Shown: piece by piece, positions 18,926-27,934 of the stretch
How the letters are laid out: each line of letters opens with the position of its first letter
Numbering within the stretch: the stretch's first letter is position 1
NCBI GenBank assembly: GCA_018814355.1
Contig: JAHIZT010000124.1
Location: 479 to 64,478, forward strand
Origin: Thermoplasmatota archaeon
GTDB taxonomy: Archaea; Thermoplasmatota; Thermoplasmata; UBA10834
Length of the DNA stretch: 64,000 bases
Reading direction: 5' to 3'
Notes under the pieces: model-generated
Told to the model about the DNA's origin: nothing
What the model saw: only the letters and a program-made list of their open reading frames with translations
Databases searched by the model: none
Translations under genes and position numbers: made by a program

Positions 18926-19094
18926 CTCGTCTTTTACTGTGACCAGTGTATTACTACTCTCTGACTACATGCAGCGATGGGAGGTTAGTGGTTGCTCGAC
19001 ACGGTTCAGCTGGCCATGACCCCGAACTCCGGCCAGCGTAGTTCTTGCAACGGGACCACTATTGAAATAGCCCTGCTGACAATACATCGCTTGG

Positions 19095-19640
19095 ATGACT
19101 GAAGGTCTTCTGAAGCAATTGGACGCCGACCTGACGACTATCCCCCCTGTGATCTCCAAGGGAGAGAGCGGGAGGGATCGCGTGATGCGGTTATGCGCCC
19201 ACGCCTTTCTCAGGCTCTGGACGAGGATCGCGCTCGAGTCGGGCCAGAGGCTGAGCCTTTCCCCCTCTCAGTTCGTCCTCGGGACCTACGAGGGCCAGAT
19301 GAAATGGAACCTCAGCGAGACGGTGGACTACAAGGGGATCGCGCAGCTCGGCATCGCTGGAACATCGAGGAGGCATCACTCGTTGATAGCTGAGACTTAC
19401 ATCGTCAAGGGCGAGGAGAGGGCGAGGTGGTTCTTCGCGCTCGAGGAGGAGAAGGTCAAGAACAGACCGGTCTTTGTGAACTACCTAGTCTACGACGTTC
19501 CTTTGAAGGAGTTCGACCTGTCAAAGGCCGTTGCTGTCCTCAAGCAGGTCTTCCCGCAGTGGCTGGAGAGCGTGAGCACTGGCGACGACAAGCCGCTCTG
19601 GAACATGTGTAAGGAGAAGCTGGAGTGCGTGGGAATCTAG
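19095..19640 (+). CDS. Hypothetical protein (181 aa)
   Basis: ORF with reasonable coding bias and no recognisable motifs. Lies between the TnpB relic and pus10. Confidence 0.4.
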   Translation: MTEGLLKQLDADLTTIPPVISKGESGRDRVMRLCAHAFLRLWTRIALESGQRLSLSPSQFVLGTYEGQMKWNLSETVDYKGIAQLGIAGTSRRHHSLIAETYIVKGEERARWFFALEEEKVKNRPVFVNYLVYDVPLKEFDLSKAVAVLKQVFPQWLESVSTGDDKPLWNMCKEKLECVGI

Positions 19641-19740
19641 TTGGTAGGCAGAATTCTGACTTCGTGAAACATGGACAGGTGCCTAGGTGATTCTGGTGCG
19701 ATCTTCCCTATGGACCAGCGAGCCATTCTTCAGACAAGGG

Positions 19741-19748
19741 ATAAATAG
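19741..19748 (+). promoter_or_regulatory. TATA-like box (ATAAATAG) about 26-33 nt upstream of the pus10 ATG, suggesting a leaderless transcript for the pus10-rpl21e-rpoF-DUF655-ksgA string
   Basis: The AT-rich octamer stands out in its GC-rich surroundings, and the spacing places the transcription start at or near the ATG at 19774. Confidence 0.35.
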
Positions 19749-19773
19749 GCGTTCCGCCTGCTGAGCTTCAACA

Positions 19774-20994
19774 ATGTCCGAAAGGCTCGAGATCGCAGGG
19801 CGAGCGCTTCAGCGCACCCTGTGCAACCACTGCCTGGGAAGGCTTTTTGCATCCGTCTCCAGAGGGCTCTCGAACGACCAGAGGGGGGCTATTGTCAGGT
19901 CATGTCTTCCGGATGCTCCCCAGCAGCCTGTCAGCATGAATGATTGTCATGTCTGCAGAGGGCTATTCTCCGAGCTGCAGAAATTCGCTGAGATTTCAGC
20001 AAGAGCTTCAGAAGGTTACGAGTTCTCAACATTCCTGGTGGGCACCAAGGTCGACGCCGAGGTCTTGGAGCGTGAGGAAACCTTCTGGACAGAGCTCGGA
20101 GCCAAGGAGACCGAGACGATCAAGACCGAGATGAACCGGGAGATAGGCAAGCTCCTGGAAGGCAAGCTCGGGAAGACGGTCGATTTCGCCAATCCGGACA
20201 TGGTGTTCCTGGTCGATACTCAGTTCGACAGGGTGGTGCTCGATGTCGCACCCTTGTTCGTTTACGGCAGGTATAGGAAGTTCTCCAGGGAGCTTCCGCA
20301 GACCCGTTGGATCTGCAGGGAGTGTAGAGGCAAGGGATGTCCGAGGTGCGACGGCAAGGGCAGGATGTATGATATGAGCGTCCAGGACTACACGGGCCCT
20401 ATTGTAATGCGTCATGCCCAGGGTGAGGACGATTTCTTCCACGGCATGGGCAGGGAGGACATCGACGCCCGAATGCTCGGAAACGGCAGGCCGTTCGCAT
20501 TGGAGGTCAGGCGGCCCCGAAAGAGGACCCTAGACATACCTGGGATTGAGCGCGAAATCAACGAGAATGCAGTGGATGTGGTCGAGGTAGAGGGGCTCAG
20601 GATGTCTACGAGGGCCGAGATGAGGGGTCTTAAGGAATCCACACATCCCAAGACCTACAGGGTCAGTGTGCGGTTCCAGACCGATTTTGACCACGGAAAG
20701 CTTAATGATGTAGTGACATCATTGGCCGGAAAGCCTATAAGTCAGCTCACTCCAAACAGGGTAGTCCACAGGCGTGCGAACCTAGAGAGGCTCAGGACCG
20801 TCCGGAGCATCCGGGTGGAGTCCGTGAACGGCTCCGAGGTCGTTTTCGTCGTGGAGGCCGACAGCGGGACGTACATCAAGGAACTGATGCATGGGGACCA
20901 GGGGCGGACGCAGCCCAATGTCGCCGGCATCGTCGGTGTGCCCTGCGAGGTGCTCGAGCTGGACGTCATAGCGATCGGAGACAAGGGGGCGTAG
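19774..20994 (+). CDS. pus10: tRNA pseudouridine synthase Pus10 (archaeal Psi54/Psi55 synthase)
   Basis: 406 aa. N-terminal zinc-binding CNHCLGR...CHVCRG, a THUMP-like middle, a second Cys cluster CRECRGKGCPRCDGKG and a C-terminal synthase core. Conserved position immediately upstream of rpl21e. Confidence 0.8.
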   Translation: MSERLEIAGRALQRTLCNHCLGRLFASVSRGLSNDQRGAIVRSCLPDAPQQPVSMNDCHVCRGLFSELQKFAEISARASEGYEFSTFLVGTKVDAEVLEREETFWTELGAKETETIKTEMNREIGKLLEGKLGKTVDFANPDMVFLVDTQFDRVVLDVAPLFVYGRYRKFSRELPQTRWICRECRGKGCPRCDGKGRMYDMSVQDYTGPIVMRHAQGEDDFFHGMGREDIDARMLGNGRPFALEVRRPRKRTLDIPGIEREINENAVDVVEVEGLRMSTRAEMRGLKESTHPKTYRVSVRFQTDFDHGKLNDVVTSLAGKPISQLTPNRVVHRRANLERLRTVRSIRVESVNGSEVVFVVEADSGTYIKELMHGDQGRTQPNVAGIVGVPCEVLELDVIAIGDKGA

Positions 20995-20998
20995 AAGT

Positions 20999-21292
20999 AT
21001 GGTAAAAGCATCCAAAGGCTACAGGCGCCGGACACGGTATGTGATGCAGAACCGCGTGAGGGATAGAGGACTCTCTCCGATCACTAGGATCTTCCAGAAG
21101 TTCGAGGTTGGCGAGAAGGCGAACATCAACCTGGACCCCAGCATACACAAAGGCATGCCGCATGTGAGGTTCCACGGACACACTGGCACCATCGTGCGAA
21201 TGCAGGGAAAGGCTTATCTCATTGACGTCCGGATGGGCGACATGATGAAGCAGGTTATCGTGAGGCCTGAGCACCTCAGGAAGTCCAAGTGA
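20999..21292 (+). CDS. rpl21e: Ribosomal protein L21e
   Basis: 97 aa: MVKASKGYRRRTRYV...FHGHTGTIV..., characteristic of L21e. Confidence 0.9.
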   Translation: MVKASKGYRRRTRYVMQNRVRDRGLSPITRIFQKFEVGEKANINLDPSIHKGMPHVRFHGHTGTIVRMQGKAYLIDVRMGDMMKQVIVRPEHLRKSK

Positions 21293-21299
21293 CCAGCTG

Positions 21300-21629
21300 G
21301 TGATTCTGATGGAAGACAAGAAGATGGTTACGCTGGCTGAGGTAAAGGACATCCTCTCGGAGAGGCAGAACAATGGTGAGCCTACGGCTGAGCAGAAGCT
21401 CGCCCTCGACCATGCCCAGAAGTTCTCACGTGTCGATTCAAAGAAGGCGAAGAAGCTCGTCAAGGAGCTCACCGAGCTTGGGTTCGTGTCGGAAGTGAAT
21501 GCGGTAAAGATAGCAGATATCCTGCCATCGACCGCGGACGATGTCCGGCTAGTATTCTCGAAGGAGAGGGCTAGCGTAGAGAAAAAGGACATCGAAAAGG
21601 TTCTTAGTGTCGTAGAGAAGTATCTCTGA
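21300..21629 (+). CDS. rpoF: DNA-directed RNA polymerase subunit F (Rpo4)-like protein
   Basis: ~105-aa helical, acidic/basic protein in the conserved L21e-RpoF-DUF655-KsgA position. The call rests mainly on synteny, so it is moderate. Confidence 0.55.
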   Translation: MILMEDKKMVTLAEVKDILSERQNNGEPTAEQKLALDHAQKFSRVDSKKAKKLVKELTELGFVSEVNAVKIADILPSTADDVRLVFSKERASVEKKDIEKVLSVVEKYL

Positions 21630-21647
21630 CGAGCCCGGGGGATTGCT

Positions 21648-22196
21648 GTGGAGGACTACGCAAGAATACTAGATTACCTGCCCCAGGGGCTTCCTGATGA
21701 GAAGATGTTCCACAGGGAGCCCGTAGCGTACGCCGTCGGCGAGGACCAGTTCAAGCTGTTCGAGCTGGTGCCCAAGCAGGGCGTGAACCTGGCGACGGGC
21801 GACAGGGTCTACATAGGCAAGGAACTCGACCTCAGGCAGGAGATCCTCCATGTCAAGAAGCGCATAGGCTTCAACGAGCTAACCAACGCGTCCCAGAGCG
21901 AGCTCCCGTTCGTCATGTTGCAGATCATCAAGGCGCACGAATCAAGGTTCGTGCAGTTCTTCAACGAGTCCCAGGCCATAACGACGAGGTTCCACATGCT
22001 CGAACTTCTGCCAGGCCTAGGCAAGAAGACCATGTGGAGCATCATCGAGGAGAGAAAGAAGGGCCCGTTCAAGGACTTCGCGGACATCTCCAAGAGGGTG
22101 CCGTTGGCCCATCAGATCGAGAAGCTCGTGGCGAAGCGGATAGAGCAGGAGCTCGCCAACCCGGACGAGAAGTACCGTCTGTTCGTGGCGAGATGA
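21648..22196 (+). CDS. DUF655-family RNA-binding protein
   Basis: Characteristic N-terminus EDYARILDYLPQG and a HhH-like C-terminal half. Conserved partner of ksgA and rpoF in archaea. Confidence 0.75.
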   Translation: MEDYARILDYLPQGLPDEKMFHREPVAYAVGEDQFKLFELVPKQGVNLATGDRVYIGKELDLRQEILHVKKRIGFNELTNASQSELPFVMLQIIKAHESRFVQFFNESQAITTRFHMLELLPGLGKKTMWSIIEERKKGPFKDFADISKRVPLAHQIEKLVAKRIEQELANPDEKYRLFVAR

Positions 22197-22202
22197 GCCC
22201 CC

Positions 22203-23042
22203 ATGAGAGCTGAGGAGGTCAAGGCCGTCCTCGAATCGATCGGCAAGCGGCCGACCAAGAGGCTGGGCCAGAACTTCCTGCTCGACGATTCCGTAGTGAG
22301 CAGGTCTGTCGGATTCGCCGCCCTAGACTCTAAGGACACCGTGCTCGAGATTGGTCCTGGCCTCGGCAATCTCACGGAGGAGATACTCAAGTCGGGGGCG
22401 AAGGTCGTAGGCGTGGAGCAGGACCCTGCCTTCTGCAAGTTCTTGGAGAGGCGGTTCGGCGAGAGGGTCCGGATCGTGCAGGCGGACGCTGTCAAGGCCT
22501 TCCTGCCGGGGTTCAACAAGGTCGTCTCGAACCTGCCCTATCAGATATCCTCGCCGATAACATTCAAATTGCTCGACATCGGGTTCGATGTCGCCGTCCT
22601 GATGCTCCAGCGGGAGTTCGCAGAGAGGATGATTGCGAAGCCCGGAACGGATGATTATGGCCGTTTGTCCGTGGGGGTCTACTACAGGGCGGATTGCGAG
22701 ATCATGCTGAATGTTCCAAGACATGCTTTCTGGCCGCAGCCCAAGGTTGACTCGTGCGTCGTCAGGCTCGTTCCGAAGCCTCCACCGTTCAAGGTCAATG
22801 ACCGGCAGGTGTTCTTCGATGTGACCCGCGCCATCTTCTCGCACAGAAGGAAGAAGATCTCTAACTCGCTGAAGGTCGATCCCGCAACGGCCTCTCTGGT
22901 CACATCGGGGATCGAATCCTCGCTCGATAAGCTGCCGTATGCCTCCAAAAGGGCAGAAGAGCTCTCCCCGGAAATGATCGGTGAACTGGCGGATGCGCTA
23001 CTCGACCTCAGCGCTTCTTCTCGGGGAAATAGCGCTCGATGA
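22203..23042 (+). CDS. ksgA: 16S rRNA (adenine1518/1519-N6)-dimethyltransferase KsgA/Dim1
   Basis: Segments RLGQNFLLDDSVV, EIGPGLGNLT and NLPYQISSPI. Confidence 0.9.
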   Translation: MRAEEVKAVLESIGKRPTKRLGQNFLLDDSVVSRSVGFAALDSKDTVLEIGPGLGNLTEEILKSGAKVVGVEQDPAFCKFLERRFGERVRIVQADAVKAFLPGFNKVVSNLPYQISSPITFKLLDIGFDVAVLMLQREFAERMIAKPGTDDYGRLSVGVYYRADCEIMLNVPRHAFWPQPKVDSCVVRLVPKPPPFKVNDRQVFFDVTRAIFSHRRKKISNSLKVDPATASLVTSGIESSLDKLPYASKRAEELSPEMIGELADALLDLSASSRGNSAR

Positions 23043-24084
23043 TCGCATCTGCGATCTTGCCAGTACCGTCCACGAGCGGGTCGCAGGCAGGGATGCCGTA
23101 CTTCGCCTCGTACTCAGCGATCCTCCCCTCGACGTCCTTCCTCGTCATGCCTGTGTGGTTGATGGTGATCCCGATGACATCGCAGTTGGCAAGAACCTTG
23201 ATGAGTTCCATCTCGCGGTCGATTGAACCGTTCGGGATGTGCAGCTCTGTCTCGTGATATGTCCTCCACTTCCTCGCGGGCGCGTGTTGCAGCACGACAG
23301 TTTGCGGCGCGGACGCAGTGACGATGGTCCTCGAACCCGTGACATATGCCGGATGGCTGAGCGCTCCTTGTCCCTCGACGATTATGACCTGCGGATGCTC
23401 GGTCTTGTAGGCCATGTCTATGGCGTTCTCGAGCTCACCGACCACATAGTCCCCTCTGATGGCATCGAGTGGGATCCCGAACCTGGACCCCTGGAGCAGA
23501 CCTGTCTGGCCCGTCGCCACGAAGCTGGTCTTGATGCCTCTCTTGTTCAGCTCCTTCGTTAGGATGACCGCGGTCGTGCGCTTCCCGCTAGCGGCGTCTG
23601 TGCCCAGGATCGGTATCCTGATAGCCTTCATCTTGGACGCCAGGTTCCTGTAATAGTGCATCTTCTCGAGCGGGGGCTCTTTCCTGATGTCCGTGATCGT
23701 GACCTTGTACTTCTTTGCGAGCTCAATCAGCTCGGGATCGTCAGCGAGCCATTGGTGCAGGCCAGAGATGATGTTGATCCTGTTCTTGATGGCCTCTCTC
23801 AAGGCGGGCCTGAAGTTCTTGGGGAGCATGCCGCCGACCGTCGCCACGCCGACGATGAGGTAATCTGGTTTCTTCGGCAGCTTCGAGAGCGCGTCCTTGA
23901 CGGACGAGAAGATGGGTATGCCGGTCTTCTTTCCGTCCAGGACTTCGCCAGCATCCTCGCCGGCCTTGGTGCTGTCCAATATGCCCAGTATCTTGAATCG
24001 CAATGAGTGCCTCACAAGCCCCGCAGCGGTCTTCCCGCCTGTCCTGTTGAACGACGCCTCGCAGAGAACCAACGCAGTTTCCAT
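23008..24084 (-). CDS. DUF1611-domain protein (Rossmann-like, P-loop GTDAASGKRTTA). The start is METALVLCEASFNRTGGKT.
   Basis: ~358 aa with the DUF1611 signatures ILGTDAASGKRTT and VIIVEGQGALSHPAY. The 3' end overlaps the convergent ksgA by about 35 nt. Confidence 0.7.
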   Translation of the reverse strand: METALVLCEASFNRTGGKTAAGLVRHSLRFKILGILDSTKAGEDAGEVLDGKKTGIPIFSSVKDALSKLPKKPDYLIVGVATVGGMLPKNFRPALREAIKNRINIISGLHQWLADDPELIELAKKYKVTITDIRKEPPLEKMHYYRNLASKMKAIRIPILGTDAASGKRTTAVILTKELNKRGIKTSFVATGQTGLLQGSRFGIPLDAIRGDYVVGELENAIDMAYKTEHPQVIIVEGQGALSHPAYVTGSRTIVTASAPQTVVLQHAPARKWRTYHETELHIPNGSIDREMELIKVLANCDVIGITINHTGMTRKDVEGRIAEYEAKYGIPACDPLVDGTGKIADAIIERYFPEKKR

Positions 24085-24207
24085 TGGTTGGCGCAACCGC
24101 GTGGCTCTATAAAACCATTGACTTGTTAGCCGGAATCTGGAAGCTCATCTGGCCATGACACCGAGCAGTTTTTCTAGCCATAGGGTCATTGGCCCTCGGG
24201 GGAGTAG

Positions 24208-25395
24208 ATGCTAGTTGGAATAGTAGGCAAACCTAACGTGGGGAAGTCCACATTCTTCTCAGCGCTCACGCTGGCGACGGCGCAGATCGCAGCATATCCA
24301 TTCACGACCATCCAGGCGAACAGAGGCGTCGGCTATGTCAGAGGGCAGTGTCCACACGTGGCATTCGGCCATCAATGCACCCCGAACAATTCGCCCTGCG
24401 AAAGCGGCACGAGATTCGTGCCGATCGAGGTCCTCGATGTCGCGGGCCTTGTCCCGGACGCGCATGCTGGGAGAGGTCTTGGGAACAAGTTCCTGGACGA
24501 CCTCAGACAGGCGGACGCTTTCGTCCATGTCGTCGATGCGAGCGGCGGGACGGACTTCGAGGGGAATCCTGTAGGCGTGGGAGACCACGACCCTGTCTTG
24601 GATGTCAACTTCCTCGAGAAGGAGATATCGTATTGGATATTCGGCATACTTGAGAAGAACTTCGCCAAGATAGCCAAGCAGTCTAAGTTGGCCGGGACGA
24701 AGATTGAGAAGACGCTTCACGAGAAACTCACTGGCCTCTCTATCACCGAGAGCCAGATCCTGATCGCCCTTAGAAAGACGCCTGCAGATGCTGACATGTC
24801 GTTGTGGACCGACCAGAATCTGTTGAGGTTCTGCCAGGAGCTGCAGAAGATAGCCAAGCCCATGATCATCGCGGCGAATAAGGCGGACATCGCGCCTGCC
24901 GAGAACATCGAGAAGCTGAGGGCCACTGGCTACCCGGTCGTGCCGACCAGCGCGGAATATGAGCTCGCCCTAAGGCGCGCGACTAAGGCAGGGCTCGTGA
25001 ACTACGTTCCGGGAGATGACCACTTCGAGTTCAAGGACAAGTCCAAGCTGAACGAGAAGCAGGTGGCGGCGTGCAGCAAGATGGGCGATTGGCTCAAGCA
25101 GAACGGGACCACAGGCGTGCAGGCCGTCCTCGAGGACGTGGTGTTCAAGGTTCTGGACATGATGATCATCTACCCGGTCGAGGACGAACACAAATGGACG
25201 GATAAGCAGGAGCGCGTGCTCCCGGATGCCTATCTGATGCGGAGGGGCTCCAACGCCAAGGAACTGGCGTTCAAGGTCCACACTGACCTGGGTGATAACT
25301 TTATTAGGGCGATTGATGGAAAGACCCACATGACCATAGGTCATGACCACGTGCTGAAGGACAACGACGTGATCAAGATAGTCGCAAGAGCTTGA
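24208..25395 (+). CDS. Obg-family GTPase (YchF/DRG-like) with a C-terminal TGS domain
   Basis: G1 motif GIVGKPNVGKST, G3 DVAGLV, G4 NKAD, and a TGS-like C-terminus (HMTIGHDHVLKDNDVIKIVA). Confidence 0.8.
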   Translation: MLVGIVGKPNVGKSTFFSALTLATAQIAAYPFTTIQANRGVGYVRGQCPHVAFGHQCTPNNSPCESGTRFVPIEVLDVAGLVPDAHAGRGLGNKFLDDLRQADAFVHVVDASGGTDFEGNPVGVGDHDPVLDVNFLEKEISYWIFGILEKNFAKIAKQSKLAGTKIEKTLHEKLTGLSITESQILIALRKTPADADMSLWTDQNLLRFCQELQKIAKPMIIAANKADIAPAENIEKLRATGYPVVPTSAEYELALRRATKAGLVNYVPGDDHFEFKDKSKLNEKQVAACSKMGDWLKQNGTTGVQAVLEDVVFKVLDMMIIYPVEDEHKWTDKQERVLPDAYLMRRGSNAKELAFKVHTDLGDNFIRAIDGKTHMTIGHDHVLKDNDVIKIVARA

Positions 25396-27812
25396 TGCTG
25401 ATGGGATATTGGGATATCAGGCTCATCGGAGCCTCGTACAAGAAGATGGAGAACGACCTCGCAATCCACCTCTACGGCAAGACGCAGGATGGCCAGTCCG
25501 TCGCCGTCAAGTACGTCGGGTTCGAACCGTATTTTTTCTTCGTGGAGCCAGATAGGAAGGAGGCCCTGGACGGCATCGTCGGGATGCTCAACAACGATAC
25601 GCGCGTCAAGAGGCTCGAGGACGCCGAGCTCCTCTACAAGGGCGAGAAGAGGAAGTGCAAGAAGGTCGTCGCCACGTTCCCGTGGCTGGTTCCCGACATT
25701 AGGAAGACAATCATGCCTCAGGCGACGGTCCTGGCAGCCGACATCCCTTTTCACTTCAGGTTCGTGTACGACATGAACATCGGCTCCTGTGTTCGCGTGA
25801 TAGGAGAGCCGATCGATGACAGCACTTACAGGACGGACATCGTCGTCAAGGCGGAGAGGTTCGAACCGATCAAGGCCTTCAGGCCGAAGCTGACCATCCT
25901 CAGCTTCGATGTCGAGACCAGCCTCAAGGAGCCGAAGATATTCTGCATCTGCTGCGTCGTCAAGAACGGAGACAAGGTCGATGGCAAGCAGTTCGCGGGC
26001 GATGGACCTGGCGGCGAGAGGAAGATGATCGAGGACTTCACGAAGTTCATCGAGGAGGTCGACCCAGATGTCATAACGGGGTACAATATCGACGGGTTCG
26101 ACATCCCCCAGATATTGCAGCGCGCGGAGGCGCTCAGGATGCCCGAGCCCTCTTGGGGCAGATATCCAGGCGCGATGTCGCAGTACAACAACCGATTCTG
26201 GTGGACCGAGGGCAGGATCATAGTCGATGCTTGGTGGGCGATCAAGAAGATACTGAAGCCGAAGCAGGAGACTTTGAACGCCGTCTCGAAGCAGCTCCTG
26301 GGCGAGGAGAAGCATGACGTCGATCCCAAGAAGATGGACGACGAGTGGGACTCCGATAAAGAGAAGGTCATGAAATACTGCGAGCACGACTCCGATCTCG
26401 CTCTGAGGGTGCTCGAGAAGGTCGCGGTTCTTCAAAGGGGCATGGATCTCGCAACAGTGTCGATGCTCCCCCTGGACGATGTGGTAAGCGGGACGACATC
26501 TCAGTTCGTGGACTCCATACTCATCAGGGAGGCTGACAAGGAAAAGGTCGCTGTGCCGATGACCATGCGCTCCTCAGAGGACGTTGAGACCATCGAGGGC
26601 GGGTACGTGCACGAGATGAAGCAGGGACTCTATCACTGGGTCCTGACCCTGGACTTCAGGAGCATGTACCCGAGCATGATCATTTCGAAGAACATCTGCT
26701 TCACGACGTTGCATCCGAACGGTATGATCGTTTCTCCGACCGGTGCGAAGTTCCTGGACAAGAGCGTCAGGGAAGGACTTCTGCCACGCATCCTCCTGAA
26801 GCTGATGGACGAACGCGCTGCTACAAAGAAGGCCATGAAGGATGCCCAGACGACTGATGACAAGGACTACTACAACGGTCTTCAGGAAGCCATCAAGATA
26901 CTGATGAACTCCTTCTACGGGGTCCTCGCATCGTCGTTCTACAGGTTCACCGACCCGAAGATAGGCGCGAGCATAACCGCATTCGCCAGGGAGGCCACGA
27001 AAGGCCTCATCAAGAAGCTTGAGGCTGAGAGCCTCGAAGTCATCTACTCCGACACCGATTCAGTGTTCTTCCTGTCGCCCAAGCCGGACCTGGATGAGAG
27101 CGTGAAGCTGGGCCAGCAGATCGCGGAACGGTTCTCGTCTGAAGGTGTGGTGCTCGAGTTCGAGAAGGTCATGGAGCCTTTCTTCTCACACGGCATGAAG
27201 AAGAGGTATGTCGGACGCATGGTCTGGCCTAGGCAGGAACTCATAGTCCGGGGCTACGAGATGCGCAGGACAGACTCGTTCGACCTTCAGAGTGAGGTGC
27301 TCTCCAATGTCCTCGAAAAGGTCCTCGACGGCGACAACCAGGGTGCAGTCACATACACGCGGGGCGTAATCGATGACCTCATGAAGGGGAAGATCGACCC
27401 TTCGAGGCTGGTCATCTCGCGGTCCGTTAGAGCGGCGAGCCAATACAAGGCTGGCGACAGCATGATCAATGTGAGGGTCTTCAAGAAACTGAAGGAGTTG
27501 GGGTACGAGGTGGTTCCGGGCATGAAGGTGTCCTGGGTCGTCACCGACAGCCACGCGTCCCCGCAGAAGTTCGAACCGTGGATCGAGGGCAGGCCGTTCG
27601 ATGCGAAGCCAGACCACAGGTACTACGCCACTAGATTGGCAGCTACGATCTCCAGGGTCACGGATTCCTTCGGGTGGGATGAGAAGTCGCTCGTATCAGG
27701 CATTCAGCAGTCGTCTTTCTTGAACAATGATTACGAGACAAAGCGGGAGGCAAGAGCCACCAGCCAGCCGAAGAAGACCGACAAGAAGCTCAACCTGAAC
27801 AACTTCATGTGA
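25395..27812 (+). CDS. polB: Family-B DNA polymerase
   Basis: Exo I LSFDVET, Exo II YNIDGFDIPQI, Pol A DFRSMYPSMII, Pol B KILMNSFYG and Pol C YSDTDS. ~805 aa with no intein. The start codon shares one nucleotide with the GTPase stop. Confidence 0.92.
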   Translation: MLMGYWDIRLIGASYKKMENDLAIHLYGKTQDGQSVAVKYVGFEPYFFFVEPDRKEALDGIVGMLNNDTRVKRLEDAELLYKGEKRKCKKVVATFPWLVPDIRKTIMPQATVLAADIPFHFRFVYDMNIGSCVRVIGEPIDDSTYRTDIVVKAERFEPIKAFRPKLTILSFDVETSLKEPKIFCICCVVKNGDKVDGKQFAGDGPGGERKMIEDFTKFIEEVDPDVITGYNIDGFDIPQILQRAEALRMPEPSWGRYPGAMSQYNNRFWWTEGRIIVDAWWAIKKILKPKQETLNAVSKQLLGEEKHDVDPKKMDDEWDSDKEKVMKYCEHDSDLALRVLEKVAVLQRGMDLATVSMLPLDDVVSGTTSQFVDSILIREADKEKVAVPMTMRSSEDVETIEGGYVHEMKQGLYHWVLTLDFRSMYPSMIISKNICFTTLHPNGMIVSPTGAKFLDKSVREGLLPRILLKLMDERAATKKAMKDAQTTDDKDYYNGLQEAIKILMNSFYGVLASSFYRFTDPKIGASITAFAREATKGLIKKLEAESLEVIYSDTDSVFFLSPKPDLDESVKLGQQIAERFSSEGVVLEFEKVMEPFFSHGMKKRYVGRMVWPRQELIVRGYEMRRTDSFDLQSEVLSNVLEKVLDGDNQGAVTYTRGVIDDLMKGKIDPSRLVISRSVRAASQYKAGDSMINVRVFKKLKELGYEVVPGMKVSWVVTDSHASPQKFEPWIEGRPFDAKPDHRYYATRLAATISRVTDSFGWDEKSLVSGIQQSSFLNNDYETKREARATSQPKKTDKKLNLNNFM

Positions 27813-27826
27813 GCGCCCCAACAGGT

Positions 27827-27836
27827 TTATATAAGT
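27827..27836 (+). promoter_or_regulatory. Strong archaeal TATA box (TTTATATAAG) upstream of rpl15e
   Basis: Near-consensus TATA about 100 nt upstream of the ATG at 27935. Confidence 0.45.
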
Positions 27837-27934
27837 CAACTCTTTTGGAGTCCTTCGCAGCGGCGAGATCCGCCTGGTCTCGCAAGGGAATGTGCGCTTA
27901 GGCGTGAACCCGTGAACGGCTGGATGTGACTTGA

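Noticed and set aside
25341-26435. A 364-aa minus-strand ORF fully antisense to the polB and GTPase genes, and similar long antisense ORFs (243..1397, 3944..4678, 1651..2412, 63271..63939)
   Set aside because: These are typical shadow ORFs of high-GC coding regions. The sense-strand genes have unambiguous conserved motifs, and the antisense translations are Arg/Leu-rich with no motifs.
25395-27812. An intein in the family-B DNA polymerase
   Set aside because: The length (about 805 aa) and the uninterrupted spacing of the exonuclease and polymerase motifs leave no room for an intein.
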